Assembly: GCA_965213675.1 (NCBI GenBank)
Contig: OZ243916.1
Span: forward strand, 1,920,001 to 1,984,000
From: an uncultured Candidatus Binatia bacterium
GTDB taxonomy: Bacteria; Desulfobacterota; Binatia; UBA9968; JAJDTQ01
Direction of reading: 5' to 3'
Length of the DNA stretch: 64,000 nt
The position numbers and the translations under genes were made by a program. Positions 37,831 to 48,089 of this stretch are shown here, in pieces. The notes beneath the pieces were generated by a model that was given only the letters and a program-made list of their open reading frames with translations, had not been told where the DNA came from and searched no databases. Position 1 is the first letter of the stretch; each line of letters begins with the position of its first letter.

Positions 37831-38984
37831 CCGTTGCGCTGCACGAGATCCTCGGCGAACGCCCGCGCCCAGCGATCGGCCTCGAGAACCTGCTCCAGGC
37901 CCCGCGGCTGGACCGGTTCGTGGGTTGCGACGGTCTCCCGGCTGATCTCGTGGATGCGGCGAAAATCGATGCGTCCGTCCAGGAAAGCCGACACCGCGAC
38001 CTCGTTGGCGGCGTTGAGGACGGGCGGCACGGTGCCGCCACGGGCGAGCGCGTCATACGCCATGTTCAGGGCGGGATAGCGCGGGCCTTCCACGTCCATG
38101 AACGTGAGCTGGCCGCCGCCGGTGAGGTCGAGGGGCGGCAGCCCGGTGTCGAGCCGTTCGGGATAGGAGAGTGCGTAAGCGATGGGAATGCGCATGTCGG
38201 GAATACCGAACTGCGCCATGACCGCTCCGTCGCGGTAGCGCACCATGGAGTGGACGATGCTCTGGGGATGGATCACCACCTCCACGCGCTCCGCGGGCAG
38301 GTCGAACAGCCAGCGCGCCTCGATGACCTCCAGCCCCTTGTTCATCATCGTGGCGGAATCGATGGTGATCTTGGGACCCATCTTCCACGTGGGATGTTCC
38401 AGCGCCTGGTCCACGGTGACATCCGGCAGTTGCGCGAGCGGGGTGCGCAGAAACGGCCCGCCCGAGGCGGTCAGGATAATCTTGTCCACGTCTTCTCGGC
38501 GGTTCCCTTGGAGGCACTGGAACACCGCGCTGTGCTCGCTGTCCACCGGCAGCAGGCGCACGCCGCGCCTGCGCGCCTCGCGCACGAAGAGTTCCCCGGA
38601 CATCACCAGGGCTTCCTTGTTGGCCAGGCCCACGTCCTTGCCCGCCTGCACCGCGGCGAAGGTGGGCACCAGCCCGGCGGCTCCCACGATGGCCGCGAGC
38701 ACGTAGTCCGAGGAGGGGTCGGTGGCCGCCGCCACCGACCCCTCCTCGCCGTGTACGAACTCCGTACGGCACCTCCCGACGAGCTTGCGCAATGCGTCCA
38801 CGTCCGCGCGTTCCCTGACGCTGACGACGCGCGGGGAAAACTCCGCCACCTGCTGCGCCAGCAACTCCAGGTTGCGTCCGGCCACGAGGCCGGTGACCTT
38901 GAAGCGGCGTTTGAACATACGGATCACGTCAAGGGCGTTGATCCCGATGGTTCCAGTGGAACCCAGGATGACGATGTGTTTCAT
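37818..38984 (-). CDS. dxr: 1-deoxy-D-xylulose-5-phosphate reductoisomerase
   Basis: LGSTGTIG, LANKE, LPVDSEH, HPTWKMGPKITIDSATMMNKGLE. Confidence 0.97.
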   Translation of the reverse strand: MKHIVILGSTGTIGINALDVIRMFKRRFKVTGLVAGRNLELLAQQVAEFSPRVVSVRERADVDALRKLVGRCRTEFVHGEEGSVAAATDPSSDYVLAAIVGAAGLVPTFAAVQAGKDVGLANKEALVMSGELFVREARRRGVRLLPVDSEHSAVFQCLQGNRREDVDKIILTASGGPFLRTPLAQLPDVTVDQALEHPTWKMGPKITIDSATMMNKGLEVIEARWLFDLPAERVEVVIHPQSIVHSMVRYRDGAVMAQFGIPDMRIPIAYALSYPERLDTGLPPLDLTGGGQLTFMDVEGPRYPALNMAYDALARGGTVPPVLNAANEVAVSAFLDGRIDFRRIHEISRETVATHEPVQPRGLEQVLEADRWARAFAEDLVQRNGWAH

Positions 38985-39757
38985 GCTGAACTCAATTGCA
39001 GACAATAGACCGCCACGACCCCCGGAAAGACCAGACTGTCCAGCCGGTCCATCAGGCCGCCGTGGCCTGGCAGGATGCCGCCCGAGTCCTTGGCGGCGAA
39101 GCCGCGCTTGATGATCGACTCGAACAGGTCGCCGATCTGAGCGATGATGGCGATCACCGGGGAAAACCACAGCAAGTGTGCCAGTGGAAGCGGCAGCAGC
39201 CATACACCCGACACCCATCCGGCCAGCGCTCCCCCCAGGGTGGAGGCGGCCGCACCCTCCACCGTCTTTCCCGGACTGACGGAAGGATACAACTTTCTCC
39301 GGCCCACGGCCACACCGGCGAAGTAGCCGGCGCTGTCACTGCAGAACACGACGATCAACACCCACAACACCCACTCGTAACCGCTCCGGTAGAGAACGAT
39401 GAAGTGTGGGAACAGGTAACCGAGGTACAAGGCGCCGGCGAGGGCCAGACCGAGTTGGCGGTGACGCCCCTCCACGGCGCCGCCGACGAAAACGAACGCG
39501 ACGCACAGGGCCGCCACGATCAGCGGCAACAGGCCTGACAGGCCAGGCGCCGCCAGGGTGAGGGAGAGCAGCATGCCGGCCGCCAGCCCGGTGAAGCGCG
39601 CTCCCCTGTGGGCCGGGAAGACCATGCGGCCATATTCATGAAGCGCGACGAGGACCAGGACTTCGACGAACAGCGTGAACAGCCAGACGCGGTCCGCGAC
39701 AACGATACCGACGAGGAGGGGGATTCCGACCAGTGCGGTCAGGACGCGGGCGCGCAT
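38981..39757 (-). CDS. cdsA: Phosphatidate cytidylyltransferase
   Basis: SPGKTVEG, GDLFESIIKR, KDSGGILPGHGGLMDRLDS. Confidence 0.95.
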   Translation of the reverse strand: MRARVLTALVGIPLLVGIVVADRVWLFTLFVEVLVLVALHEYGRMVFPAHRGARFTGLAAGMLLSLTLAAPGLSGLLPLIVAALCVAFVFVGGAVEGRHRQLGLALAGALYLGYLFPHFIVLYRSGYEWVLWVLIVVFCSDSAGYFAGVAVGRRKLYPSVSPGKTVEGAAASTLGGALAGWVSGVWLLPLPLAHLLWFSPVIAIIAQIGDLFESIIKRGFAAKDSGGILPGHGGLMDRLDSLVFPGVVAVYCLQLSSA

Positions 39758-39785
39758 ATGCGTAAACCGATGCGAGTGCCCCGGG

Positions 39786-40529
39786 TCAGCCCCGCAGGAT
39801 CTGCTCGTCGGTCTTGCCGAATCGGCGTTGGCGCCTTTGAAACTCCAGTAATGCCTCGATGTATTGCCGCTCGGAGAAATCGGGCCACAGCGTCGGGGTG
39901 ATGTAGAGCTCCGTGTAGGGTATCTGCCAAAGGAAGAAGTTGCTGATGCGCATCTCCCCGCTGGTGCGGATCAGGAGGTCCGGGTCGGGTAGGCGGCCGG
40001 TCTCCGTGTGGGCCGCCACCAGGTGTTCGTCGATCTCGGGCAGATCGCACTCCCCCTCCTTGACCTTGCGGGCGATGTCCCGGACGGTCCGGACGATGTC
40101 GTCACGACCGCTGTAACTCAGCGCCAGAATGACGGTGATGCCGGTGTTGTCGCGCGTGAGGTGTATGTTCCGGTCGAGCACCCGGCGCACGGATGCGGGA
40201 AGGCGCTGGCGGTCACCGATGGCCATGAGCCGGATGCCCTCGCGCATCATGCGCTCCCGCTCACACTCCAGGTAGCTCTCCAGCAACGCCATGAGCCCCT
40301 CTACCTCATCGTGCGGGCGGTTCCAGTTTTCCGAGGAGAACGCGTACAGGGAAAGGTATCGGATGCCCAGGTCGCGACTCAATTCCACCGTGGCGCGGAC
40401 CGCGGCCGTACCCTCCCGGTGGCCTTCCAGACGACTCTTGCCGCGCAGCCTGGCCCAGCGCCCATTGCCGTCCATGATGATTGCGACGTGAGTGGGCAGC
40501 CGGCTCTTTTCCAGCCCGTGGAGATTCAT
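39786..40529 (-). CDS. uppS: Isoprenyl transferase (undecaprenyl diphosphate synthase)
   Basis: HVAIIMDGNGRWA, YAFSSENW, DLLIRTSGEMRISNF. Confidence 0.96.
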   Translation of the reverse strand: MNLHGLEKSRLPTHVAIIMDGNGRWARLRGKSRLEGHREGTAAVRATVELSRDLGIRYLSLYAFSSENWNRPHDEVEGLMALLESYLECERERMMREGIRLMAIGDRQRLPASVRRVLDRNIHLTRDNTGITVILALSYSGRDDIVRTVRDIARKVKEGECDLPEIDEHLVAAHTETGRLPDPDLLIRTSGEMRISNFFLWQIPYTELYITPTLWPDFSERQYIEALLEFQRRQRRFGKTDEQILRG

Positions 40530-40571
40530 TCCGAAGACCCGAAAGCTGGCAGCGCGCGGGCTGCGCTGCGC

Positions 40572-40736
40572 CAGGAGCTTGCGCCGCAGGAGCTCACGGC
40601 TGCAAATCCGCTGTCATCCGTCCCTTCGGCCGCTCGATTTCGTCAAATATGACATGATACTCTCCTCAATCGACCAGCCGAAGGGACGGCGATAGCGTAT
40701 TTTCGCTTTCGCGAATTCCTGAGGCGCAAGCTCCTA
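40572..40736. repeat. Inverted pair of YAGGAGCTTGCGCC-family repeats
   Basis: CAGGAGCTTGCGCCGCAGGAGCTCACG (+, 40572) and TAGGAGCTTGCGCCTCAGGAATTCGCG (-, from 40736). Confidence 0.65.
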
Positions 40737-41291
40737 GACCTCCATGATCTCCTCTTCCTTGGCCTTGAGGAATCCGTCCACCTTGCCGACGAAGTCCGCG
40801 GTGATCTTCTGAACGCGTTCCTGGCCCTGCTTGACTTCGTCCTCGGTGATCTCCTTGTCCTTCTGCATCGACTTCAGCTCTTCGATGGCGGCGCGACGAT
40901 GGTTGCGTACGGAGATCCGGTACTCCTCCGCGGTCTTGCGCACCTGCTTCACCAGATCCTTGCGGCGCTCGCCGCTGAGTTCCGGAATGGGCACCCGAAC
41001 AAGCTTGCCGTCATTGGCCGGCATGAGGCCCAGATCCGCCTTCAGAATGGCCTTCTCGATGGCGGCGATGGCGTTCCTGTCATACGCCTGAATCGTCACC
41101 AGCCGAGGTTCGGGGACGGCGATGGTGGCGATCTGGTTCAAGGGTGCCTGGGTGCCGTAGTATTCCACCACCACCCCATCGAAGAGGGAGGCCGAAGCCC
41201 TGCCGGTGCGCACCCGGCCAAACTCCCGGCGCATGGCGACCATGGTCTTGTCCAGGTCGTCCTGAAAGGCTTGGAAGAAGATGTCGTCCAT
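40734..41291 (-). CDS. frr: Ribosome recycling factor
   Basis: VRTGRAS, YYGTQAPL, P.LSGERRK, RNHRR. Confidence 0.96.
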   Translation of the reverse strand: MDDIFFQAFQDDLDKTMVAMRREFGRVRTGRASASLFDGVVVEYYGTQAPLNQIATIAVPEPRLVTIQAYDRNAIAAIEKAILKADLGLMPANDGKLVRVPIPELSGERRKDLVKQVRKTAEEYRISVRNHRRAAIEELKSMQKDKEITEDEVKQGQERVQKITADFVGKVDGFLKAKEEEIMEV

Positions 41292-41297
41292 CTGTCG

Positions 41298-42038
41298 CTA
41301 CCTGCCGGCCTGGCCGGTCATGCTCACCAAGGTACCGATGGGTTGGCCGCTGACCACCCTGCGTATGTTGCCCGGCTCCATGACGTTGAAGACGATGATG
41401 GGAAGCCGGTTATCCATGCAAAGGGAAATGGCGGTGGAATCCATCACCTTGAGTTCCTTGCGGAGCACCTCCATGTGGGTCAACTCGCGGAACAGCTTTG
41501 CGTCGTGATTCTTGAGCGGATCGGTGTCGTACACGCCGCGCACCTTGGTGGCCTTCAGGATCACCTCGGCGCCCACTTCCATGGCGCGCAGGCTCGCGGT
41601 CGTATCCGTCGTGAAGAAGGGGTTGCCGGTGCCACCCGCCAGAATTACCACGCGGCCCTTCTCCAGGTGCCGCACGGCGCGCCGGCGAATGTACAGTTCG
41701 GCCACCTGCCGCATCTCGATGGCCGACATCACCCGAGTCGAGACGCCGATCTTTTCGAGCGCGTCCTGCAGCGCGATGCTGTTGATGACCGTGGCGAGCA
41801 TGCCCATGTAGTCGGCGCTCGCCCGGTCGATGCCGTGTTCGCTGGCCTCGGCGCCGCGCAGGATGTTGCCGCCGCCCATGACCAGTGCGATCTCGCAACC
41901 CAGTTCGTGGACCTCCCGAATCTCCTCCACGAACCGCGCGACCGTTGCTGGATCGATGCCGTACTGGCGCTCTCCTGTAAGAACCTCCCCCGTGATCTTC
42001 AGAATGACTCGGTGGTATTTCAACTCCGCGTCCGTCAT
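41298..42038 (-). CDS. pyrH: UMP kinase
   Basis: [33 protein letters not shown]. Confidence 0.97.
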   Translation of the reverse strand: MTDAELKYHRVILKITGEVLTGERQYGIDPATVARFVEEIREVHELGCEIALVMGGGNILRGAEASEHGIDRASADYMGMLATVINSIALQDALEKIGVSTRVMSAIEMRQVAELYIRRRAVRHLEKGRVVILAGGTGNPFFTTDTTASLRAMEVGAEVILKATKVRGVYDTDPLKNHDAKLFRELTHMEVLRKELKVMDSTAISLCMDNRLPIIVFNVMEPGNIRRVVSGQPIGTLVSMTGQAGR

Positions 42039-42059
42039 TCGATGGCACCCTGGTGAGGA

Positions 42060-42665
42060 CTAGTCCTTCATGCCTTCGCCAACCGAGTAGCGGACGAAGC
42101 GCCGGACACGGATGTTTTCCCCCAAGCGCGCGATGGCGTCCTGAATCAGGTCCTTGACGCGACGGGCGGGCTCCTTGATGAACGCCTGCTCCATAAGACA
42201 GGCATCCTCGTAGAAGCGCTCCATTTTACCGGCGACGATCTTGTCCAACACCGCCGCCGGCTTGTTGAGCTCGGCCGCCTGCTGCCGGTAGATGGATTTC
42301 TCCCGCTCCAACTCTTCGTCGCCGACATCCTCGCGTTGGACGTAACGCGGGTTTGCCGCGGCGACCTGCATCGAGAGGTCCTTCACCAGGGCCTGAAACT
42401 CCTCGGTCCGGGCCACGAAATCGGTCTCGCAGTTGACCTCCAGCAAAACCCCGATCTTGCTGCCGCCGTGGATGTACGCGCCCACCAATCCTTCGCTGGC
42501 CTCGCGCTCGGACTTGCGCGCCGCCAAGGCGAGCCCTTTCGCCCTCAGGTGGTCGACAGATTTTTCGAAGTCACCCTCGCACTCCAGGAGGGCCTTCTTG
42601 CAGTCCATGAAACCCGCGCCGGTCTTGTCCCGCAACTGCTTGACTACATTCGCATCGATGGCCAT
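42060..42665 (-). CDS. tsf: Elongation factor Ts (short form)
   Basis: LRDKTGAGFMDCKKAL, EVNCETDFVA, GENIRVRRF. Confidence 0.97.
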   Translation of the reverse strand: MAIDANVVKQLRDKTGAGFMDCKKALLECEGDFEKSVDHLRAKGLALAARKSEREASEGLVGAYIHGGSKIGVLLEVNCETDFVARTEEFQALVKDLSMQVAAANPRYVQREDVGDEELEREKSIYRQQAAELNKPAAVLDKIVAGKMERFYEDACLMEQAFIKEPARRVKDLIQDAIARLGENIRVRRFVRYSVGEGMKD

Positions 42666-42671
42666 GCTCTC

Positions 42672-43640
42672 TCAACTCCCCGCCACGGCAGGCGCGTCCG
42701 TGGACTTCTCTGCGTCCGCATTCTCCTGAACTTTCTCGACGGGCGCTGCGGCGGGCGGTTCGGCAGTCTGGCCCGAACCCGGCGCCGATCCTGCCACGGG
42801 CGTCTGGGCTCCGGGAGACGCCGCCGGTTCCGGCGCACCTGGCGCCGCAGGCGCTTCCTCCCGTGGCGGTTCCGCGGCCGACTCGCCTTCGGCGGACTCG
42901 CCCCCCTCCGCTTCCTCGGCCCGCGCCGCCTCGGCCTCCATGCGCGCCTGGTCACCGAGAGCCTGGCCGTCCCTCACCGCTTCGGCCATGAGACTGCAGA
43001 ACAGCCGGATCGCGCGTATGGCGTCGTCGTTGCCGGGTATCCTGTAGTCCACCATGTCCGGATCGCAGTCGGTGTCGACAATGGCGATCACCTTGATGCC
43101 GAGCTTGCGCGCTTCGCGGACCGCAATGGCTTCGTGGCCCGGATCGATGATGAACACCGCGTCCGGCAGCTTCTTGATGTCCTTGATGCCGCCCAGCGCC
43201 CGCTCCAGTTTGGCGCGCTCGCGGCTGTGGGAAAGCATCTCCTTCTTGGTGAGGGCCTCGACGATCTTGGGGTCGTTGGCCATCTCCTCGAGTTTCTTGA
43301 GACGTTCGATGCTTTGCCGGACGGTCTGGAAGTTCGTCAACGTGCCTCCCAGCCAACGGTGATGAACGTAGGACATGCCGCATCGTTCGGCTTCTTCCCG
43401 CACCGAGTCCTGCGCCTGCTTCTTGGTGCCCACAAAAAGGACGTGGCCTCCAGACATAATCAGATCGCGAACGTGGGCACACACGTCCTTGACCATCTTC
43501 ACGGTCTGCTGGAGGTCGATGATGTGAATCCCGTTGCGCGCTCCGAAAATGTAGGGCTTCATCTTGGGATTCCAGCGACTGGTCTGGTGCCCGAAATGGA
43601 CCCCCGCCTCCAGAAGCTGCTTCATGGATATATCCATCAT
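42672..43640 (-). CDS. rpsB: 30S ribosomal protein S2 with long acidic/Ala-Pro C-terminal tail
   Basis: [30 protein letters not shown]. Confidence 0.97.
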   Translation of the reverse strand: MMDISMKQLLEAGVHFGHQTSRWNPKMKPYIFGARNGIHIIDLQQTVKMVKDVCAHVRDLIMSGGHVLFVGTKKQAQDSVREEAERCGMSYVHHRWLGGTLTNFQTVRQSIERLKKLEEMANDPKIVEALTKKEMLSHSRERAKLERALGGIKDIKKLPDAVFIIDPGHEAIAVREARKLGIKVIAIVDTDCDPDMVDYRIPGNDDAIRAIRLFCSLMAEAVRDGQALGDQARMEAEAARAEEAEGGESAEGESAAEPPREEAPAAPGAPEPAASPGAQTPVAGSAPGSGQTAEPPAAAPVEKVQENADAEKSTDAPAVAGS

Positions 43641-43832
43641 GGCGCCGAAACCTCGAATGATGCGTATGTCAACATACTCGTCTCCCGTGTCTTCTCCCGC
43701 GCATGAATCAGTGGGTTGAGGTGACTGTCCCGGCGGCCACACCCGAACTGCCGGTATGAAGAGAAACTCGAAGGGCTATTAACAAGTTTGGTACGGCCAC
43801 GCAAGGGAAAGCAGGACGCCGCGGCGTCCGGC

Positions 43833-45197
43833 TCATGTGTTCATGGATACCAGGAACTCCTTGTTGTCCTTCGTCCCGTGAAGCTTGTCCACGAGAAACT
43901 CCATGGCCTCCACCACGTTGAGCTGGGACAGCACCTTGCGCAGAATCCAGATGCGATTGAGATCCTCCTTGGGGATCAGCAACTCTTCCTTGCGGGTGCC
44001 GGACTTGTTGATGTCCACGGCCGGGAACACGCGCTTGTCCATCAGCCTGCGGTCGAGGTTGATCTCCATGTTGCCGGTTCCCTTGAACTCCTCGAAGATG
44101 ACCTCGTCCATACGGCTTCCCGTATCGATCAGCGCGGTGGCGATGATGGTGAGGCTGCCGCCGTCCTCGATGTTGCGCGCCGCACCGAAGAACTTCTTCG
44201 GCTTGTGCAGCGCGTTGGAGTCGACGCCGCCGGAGAGGATCTTGCCGCTCGGCGGCACCACCGTGTTGTAGGCCCTGGCCAGGCGCGTGATGCTGTCAAG
44301 GAGGATGATGACGTCCTTGCCGTGCTCCACGAGCCGTTTGGCCTTTTCGATGACCATCTCCGCCACCTGCACGTGGCGCGTCGCGGGCTCGTCGAAGGTG
44401 GAGCTTACCACTTCTCCGACCACGGACCTTTGCATGTCCGTGACCTCCTCGGGACGTTCGTCGATGAGCAGGACGATGAGGACCGCGTCCGGATGGTTGT
44501 GGGCGATGGCCTTGGCGATATTCTGAAGCATCATGGTCTTGCCCGTGCGCGGGGCCGCCACCACCAGACCGCGCTGACCCATTCCGATGGGCGTCAGCAA
44601 GTCGATGAAACGTGTCGTGTACTCTTCCGAGTCGTGCTCCAGGTTGATACGATTTTCGGGATAGAGCGGGGTCAGGTTGTCGAACAGGATCTTGTCCCGC
44701 ACCTTGTCGGGTTCGCCGTTGTTGATGGATTCGACCTTCAACAGGGCGAAATAGCGTTCGCCGTCCTTCGGTGGACGAATCTGGCCGGAAATGATGTCGC
44801 CCGTGCGCAAGCCGAAACGGCGTATCTGGCTCGGCGAGACGTAAATGTCGTCGGGGCCGGGGAGGTAGTTGTAGTCCGGCGCGCGCAGGAAGCCGAAACC
44901 GTCGGGCAGAGTTTCCAGCACGCCCTCGCCGTATACGTAGCCGTTCTTGTCGGTCTGCGCCTGCAGGATTGCGAATATCAGATCCTGCCGCCGCATGTTC
45001 GCCGCGCTCTCGATGCTGAAGCCCTTGCCGATGTTGGCCAACTCGGCGATCTTCTTGGACTTGAGCGAACTCAGGTTCAAGCCGTTCTGCTGCACGGGCT
45101 CGGGCATGGGAGTCGGCCTGTTTCTGCGGTGAGTGGGCGCGGAGTCTGCCTTGGTGTCGCTCTCCGCCGTTGCGGAGCGCGTCCGAACGTTAGCCAT
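43833..45197 (-). CDS. rho: Transcription termination factor Rho
   Basis: [48 protein letters not shown]. Confidence 0.98.
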   Translation of the reverse strand: MANVRTRSATAESDTKADSAPTHRRNRPTPMPEPVQQNGLNLSSLKSKKIAELANIGKGFSIESAANMRRQDLIFAILQAQTDKNGYVYGEGVLETLPDGFGFLRAPDYNYLPGPDDIYVSPSQIRRFGLRTGDIISGQIRPPKDGERYFALLKVESINNGEPDKVRDKILFDNLTPLYPENRINLEHDSEEYTTRFIDLLTPIGMGQRGLVVAAPRTGKTMMLQNIAKAIAHNHPDAVLIVLLIDERPEEVTDMQRSVVGEVVSSTFDEPATRHVQVAEMVIEKAKRLVEHGKDVIILLDSITRLARAYNTVVPPSGKILSGGVDSNALHKPKKFFGAARNIEDGGSLTIIATALIDTGSRMDEVIFEEFKGTGNMEINLDRRLMDKRVFPAVDINKSGTRKEELLIPKEDLNRIWILRKVLSQLNVVEAMEFLVDKLHGTKDNKEFLVSMNT

Positions 45198-45390
45198 AGG
45201 ACTTCCTTTCAATTACGCTGCCGGACAATCCGCCACAGGGGACGGGCATCGCCGGCGGGCGGGCAAACCGACTCTTTACCGTTCAAAACGGGCTTGGGAT
45301 GAAAGCAAACGGTGATAAAACGGATTGGAACGGAAACGGGTCACTTCAGAATGGGAAAACGCCAGGAAAACGCCATTGCCAGACGCTGGG

Positions 45391-46362
45391 TTAGATACTA
45401 GGGGATGCGGCTGGCTTTGTCAAGCAGGGCACGACCGTGCAGTCGGGGCCGGCGCGGCCCAACACCCGGCGGGCCAGGACAACGTCGTCCTCGATCTGCC
45501 GGACCAGTTGGTCCACGGAAGGGAAGTCGCGCTCTTCCCTGAGTCTTTCCACGAAAAACACACGCAGCCTGCGCCCGTACAGATCGCCGTCGAAGCCCAG
45601 GATGTAGGATTCGATGGTTCGGGGTCCCGCACCGAATGTGGGGTTCACCCCCACGCTGGTGACGCTGGGCAACCGCTTTCCGCCCGTCTCGACCACGGTC
45701 GCATAGATCCCGTTGGCCGGCACGATCTCCGTTCTGCTGCGCACGTTGGCGGTGGGAAAGCCGATCTCCCGGCCCCGCTGATGCCCCCGCACCACCGTTC
45801 CCTCGATGAAATGGCTGCGCCCGAGCTGGCGGCGCGCCACCTCGACCCGGCCCTCTTCCAGCAATGCGCGTATCCGACTGCTGCTGATGGCTTGTTCCGA
45901 CTCCGCTACGGGTTCAATGACCTTCACCTCCATCCCCGCCGCCGGACCCCACTTCATGAGATCGCTGACGGTGCCGGCCCTGTCCTTGCCGAAACGAAAA
46001 TCCTCGCCGACCCATAGAACCTCGACTCCCAGCCCGGCCAGATAGTGATTGACGAATTCATGCGCCTGCACCGCGCAGAAACCCGGCGTGAAACGCTGGA
46101 TCACCACGCAATCGATGCCAACGCGCCGCAGCAGCGCCAGCTTGTCCCGGCGCGCCAGGATCAAACGCGGCGCAAACTTGGGGGCGAGGACCCTCAATGG
46201 ATGAGGCTCGAACGTCAGGACGACGGCGGACCCGCGCCGCGCCCGGGCGTCCGCCATCACCCGCCGGAGCAGATCCTGATGCCCGAGATGCACTCCGTCG
46301 AAGTTGCCGATGGTCATGACCGGACGGTGGAGGGGTCCCTTGGCGTGCCGCAGAATCTGCAT
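45391..46362 (-). CDS. ribF: Bifunctional riboflavin kinase/FAD synthetase
   Basis: IGNFDGVHLGH, TFEPHP, ISSSRIR, GFPTAN, LREERDF. Confidence 0.96.
   Translation of the reverse strand: MQILRHAKGPLHRPVMTIGNFDGVHLGHQDLLRRVMADARARRGSAVVLTFEPHPLRVLAPKFAPRLILARRDKLALLRRVGIDCVVIQRFTPGFCAVQAHEFVNHYLAGLGVEVLWVGEDFRFGKDRAGTVSDLMKWGPAAGMEVKVIEPVAESEQAISSSRIRALLEEGRVEVARRQLGRSHFIEGTVVRGHQRGREIGFPTANVRSRTEIVPANGIYATVVETGGKRLPSVTSVGVNPTFGAGPRTIESYILGFDGDLYGRRLRVFFVERLREERDFPSVDQLVRQIEDDVVLARRVLGRAGPDCTVVPCLTKPAASPSI
45395..45423 (-). promoter_or_regulatory. Putative rho promoter nested in the 3' end of ribF
   Basis: TTGACA-17 nt-TAGTAT. Confidence 0.6.
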
Positions 46363-46450
46363 CGTGCGTGGAGTTTGAATGGACGGCCGGACCCGCGCTG
46401 TACGGAGCCTGCGCGCACCCACAGCCGAAGGGGAATCCCGGCGGCGAGCT

Positions 46451-47347
46451 TCAAGCGCCCAGGGACCGGATCTTCTCTCGCGCCTTTCCCGCTTCCTCGG
46501 AATCGGGATACCGGTTGATGACTTCCTGGAGGATGAGTCTGGCGTCCACGCGATTTCCAAGCTCGGCAAAAGCATAGCCAATCTTGAGCCACGCCGCGGC
46601 CGCCTTGTCCCCATCGGCATACTTCTTGCGCACCACGTCAAACTCCAGGATGGCTTCGTCGAACTCCTGGAGCGCGTAATGGCTCTCACCGATCCAGTAT
46701 TGCGCGTTGTCGGTCAGGGAGCTGTCCGGATGTTTTTCGACGAACTTCTTGAACTGTTCGATGGCGCCGCGAAAGTCCCTTTCCCGCAGCCGTTTCCAGG
46801 CATTTTCGTAGTCCTGTTGAAGCGTGAGCGCGTCGGGGTCGGGGCTCGGAGCCGGGCGCCCCCTCTGCGGCGGCTCTCCGGCGCCCGCCGGCGCCGGAGA
46901 GGCTACCCCACTCGGCTCGGCGTCAGGAACGCGCTTCGGAGCGCCCTGGAGAAGCGCGTCGCGCAACAGCCGAAGCTCGTCTTCGCGCACCTTCAGGAGT
47001 TTCCGCTGCGCCCGCATTTCCGACTCGAGGGCCGCCAGTCTGCGGTCCGTTTCGGCGGCGTTCGCCGATCCCTCCCCGCCTCCGCCTCCATTACGCAGCT
47101 CCAGCAGACTGCCTTCCATCGCGTTCAAGCGGTTCTGCAGGGCGGCGACCTCCGCCCGGGTATCCGCCAGGAGGGTGCGTGTCTGCCCGAGTTCCGCCTT
47201 CAATCCGTTGATCACCGCCCACTCGCCCTCGGTCAATTGTGCCTGAACCGGAGGCGCGGGCGCCGCGTGATAATCGACGGTGCAACCCCAAGCCGACACA
47301 AGCGACAGGATCACCAAACATGTGCGGGCATGAATTCGCATGGGCAT
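46451..47347 (-). CDS. cpoB: Tol-Pal system protein YbgF/CpoB
   Basis: Coiled coil plus TPR (NAQYWIGESHY, LKIG, YPDSEEA); follows pal. Confidence 0.88.
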   Translation of the reverse strand: MPMRIHARTCLVILSLVSAWGCTVDYHAAPAPPVQAQLTEGEWAVINGLKAELGQTRTLLADTRAEVAALQNRLNAMEGSLLELRNGGGGGEGSANAAETDRRLAALESEMRAQRKLLKVREDELRLLRDALLQGAPKRVPDAEPSGVASPAPAGAGEPPQRGRPAPSPDPDALTLQQDYENAWKRLRERDFRGAIEQFKKFVEKHPDSSLTDNAQYWIGESHYALQEFDEAILEFDVVRKKYADGDKAAAAWLKIGYAFAELGNRVDARLILQEVINRYPDSEEAGKAREKIRSLGA

Positions 47348-47439
47348 TCAGTCTCTGGCAGGACAGGGTTCGCGAAAGATCCTCGTGTGCCGCGTGGCCA
47401 ACGGGCAGGCATCTTTCGTGACGCGGTGCGCGAGCAGGG

Positions 47440-48021
47440 TCAGGAAGAAGGCCTCTGCGTCCGAACGACGAAATGCGCACGCCGGTTCAACTTCCAACAG
47501 GTCTCCGAGTTCTCGCCGCATACGGGGAGTTCCTCGCCGTAGCTGATGGTCGAGAAACGATCCGCGGACACCCCGAGGGTGACCATGTAGTCCCTGACCG
47601 CCTGTGCGCGTCTGGAGCCCAAGGCAAGATTGTATTCGTTGGTTCCGCGGTTGTCCGCATGCCCTTCGATCTCGACCTGAACCCCCGGATTCCCCTGGAT
47701 CCAGTCGGCGTTGCGCTGCAGGGTCTCACGCGCTTCCGCAGCCAGTTCGGCGCGGTCATACTCGAAATAGACATCGGCAAGGACACCGGTTTGCGGCGTC
47801 GTGCCCTGCTTGAGGGCTTCGAGGCTGCCTTGGCCGGTCACCTCCAGACCCTGTTGCGCGAGACTGCCTTCCTTGATCGCGCCGGGGTCGCTTTGGGCAG
47901 GCGCGCCAGCAGCGGGCACGGGTGTCGCCGGCTCTTCCGTTTCGACGGTTGGCGCGGAGCAGGCGGCGAGAACCAGGAGAGTGATGGAGCAGAACAGCAC
48001 TGAGGTTGCTCTTCTAGTCAT
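47440..48021 (-). CDS. pal: Peptidoglycan-associated lipoprotein
   Basis: Lipobox LAAC; YFEYD, IEGHADNRGTNEYNLALG.RRA, SYGEE, NRR. Confidence 0.95.
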   Translation of the reverse strand: MTRRATSVLFCSITLLVLAACSAPTVETEEPATPVPAAGAPAQSDPGAIKEGSLAQQGLEVTGQGSLEALKQGTTPQTGVLADVYFEYDRAELAAEARETLQRNADWIQGNPGVQVEIEGHADNRGTNEYNLALGSRRAQAVRDYMVTLGVSADRFSTISYGEELPVCGENSETCWKLNRRAHFVVRTQRPSS

Positions 48022-48089
48022 CGGCTCGGTCTCTCTTGTCTTCCCCATGTCGGGGTTTGAACGGAATTGCGATTAGGTGCTGCACGGGA

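Noticed and set aside
42060-42665. 201-aa EF-Ts as a truncated pseudogene
   Set aside because: Short EF-Ts is an established natural form, and both termini carry conserved motifs.
43641-43790. rpsB leader as the S2 autoregulatory RNA
   Set aside because: The position fits, but I cannot recognise the conserved motif by eye; it needs an Rfam scan.
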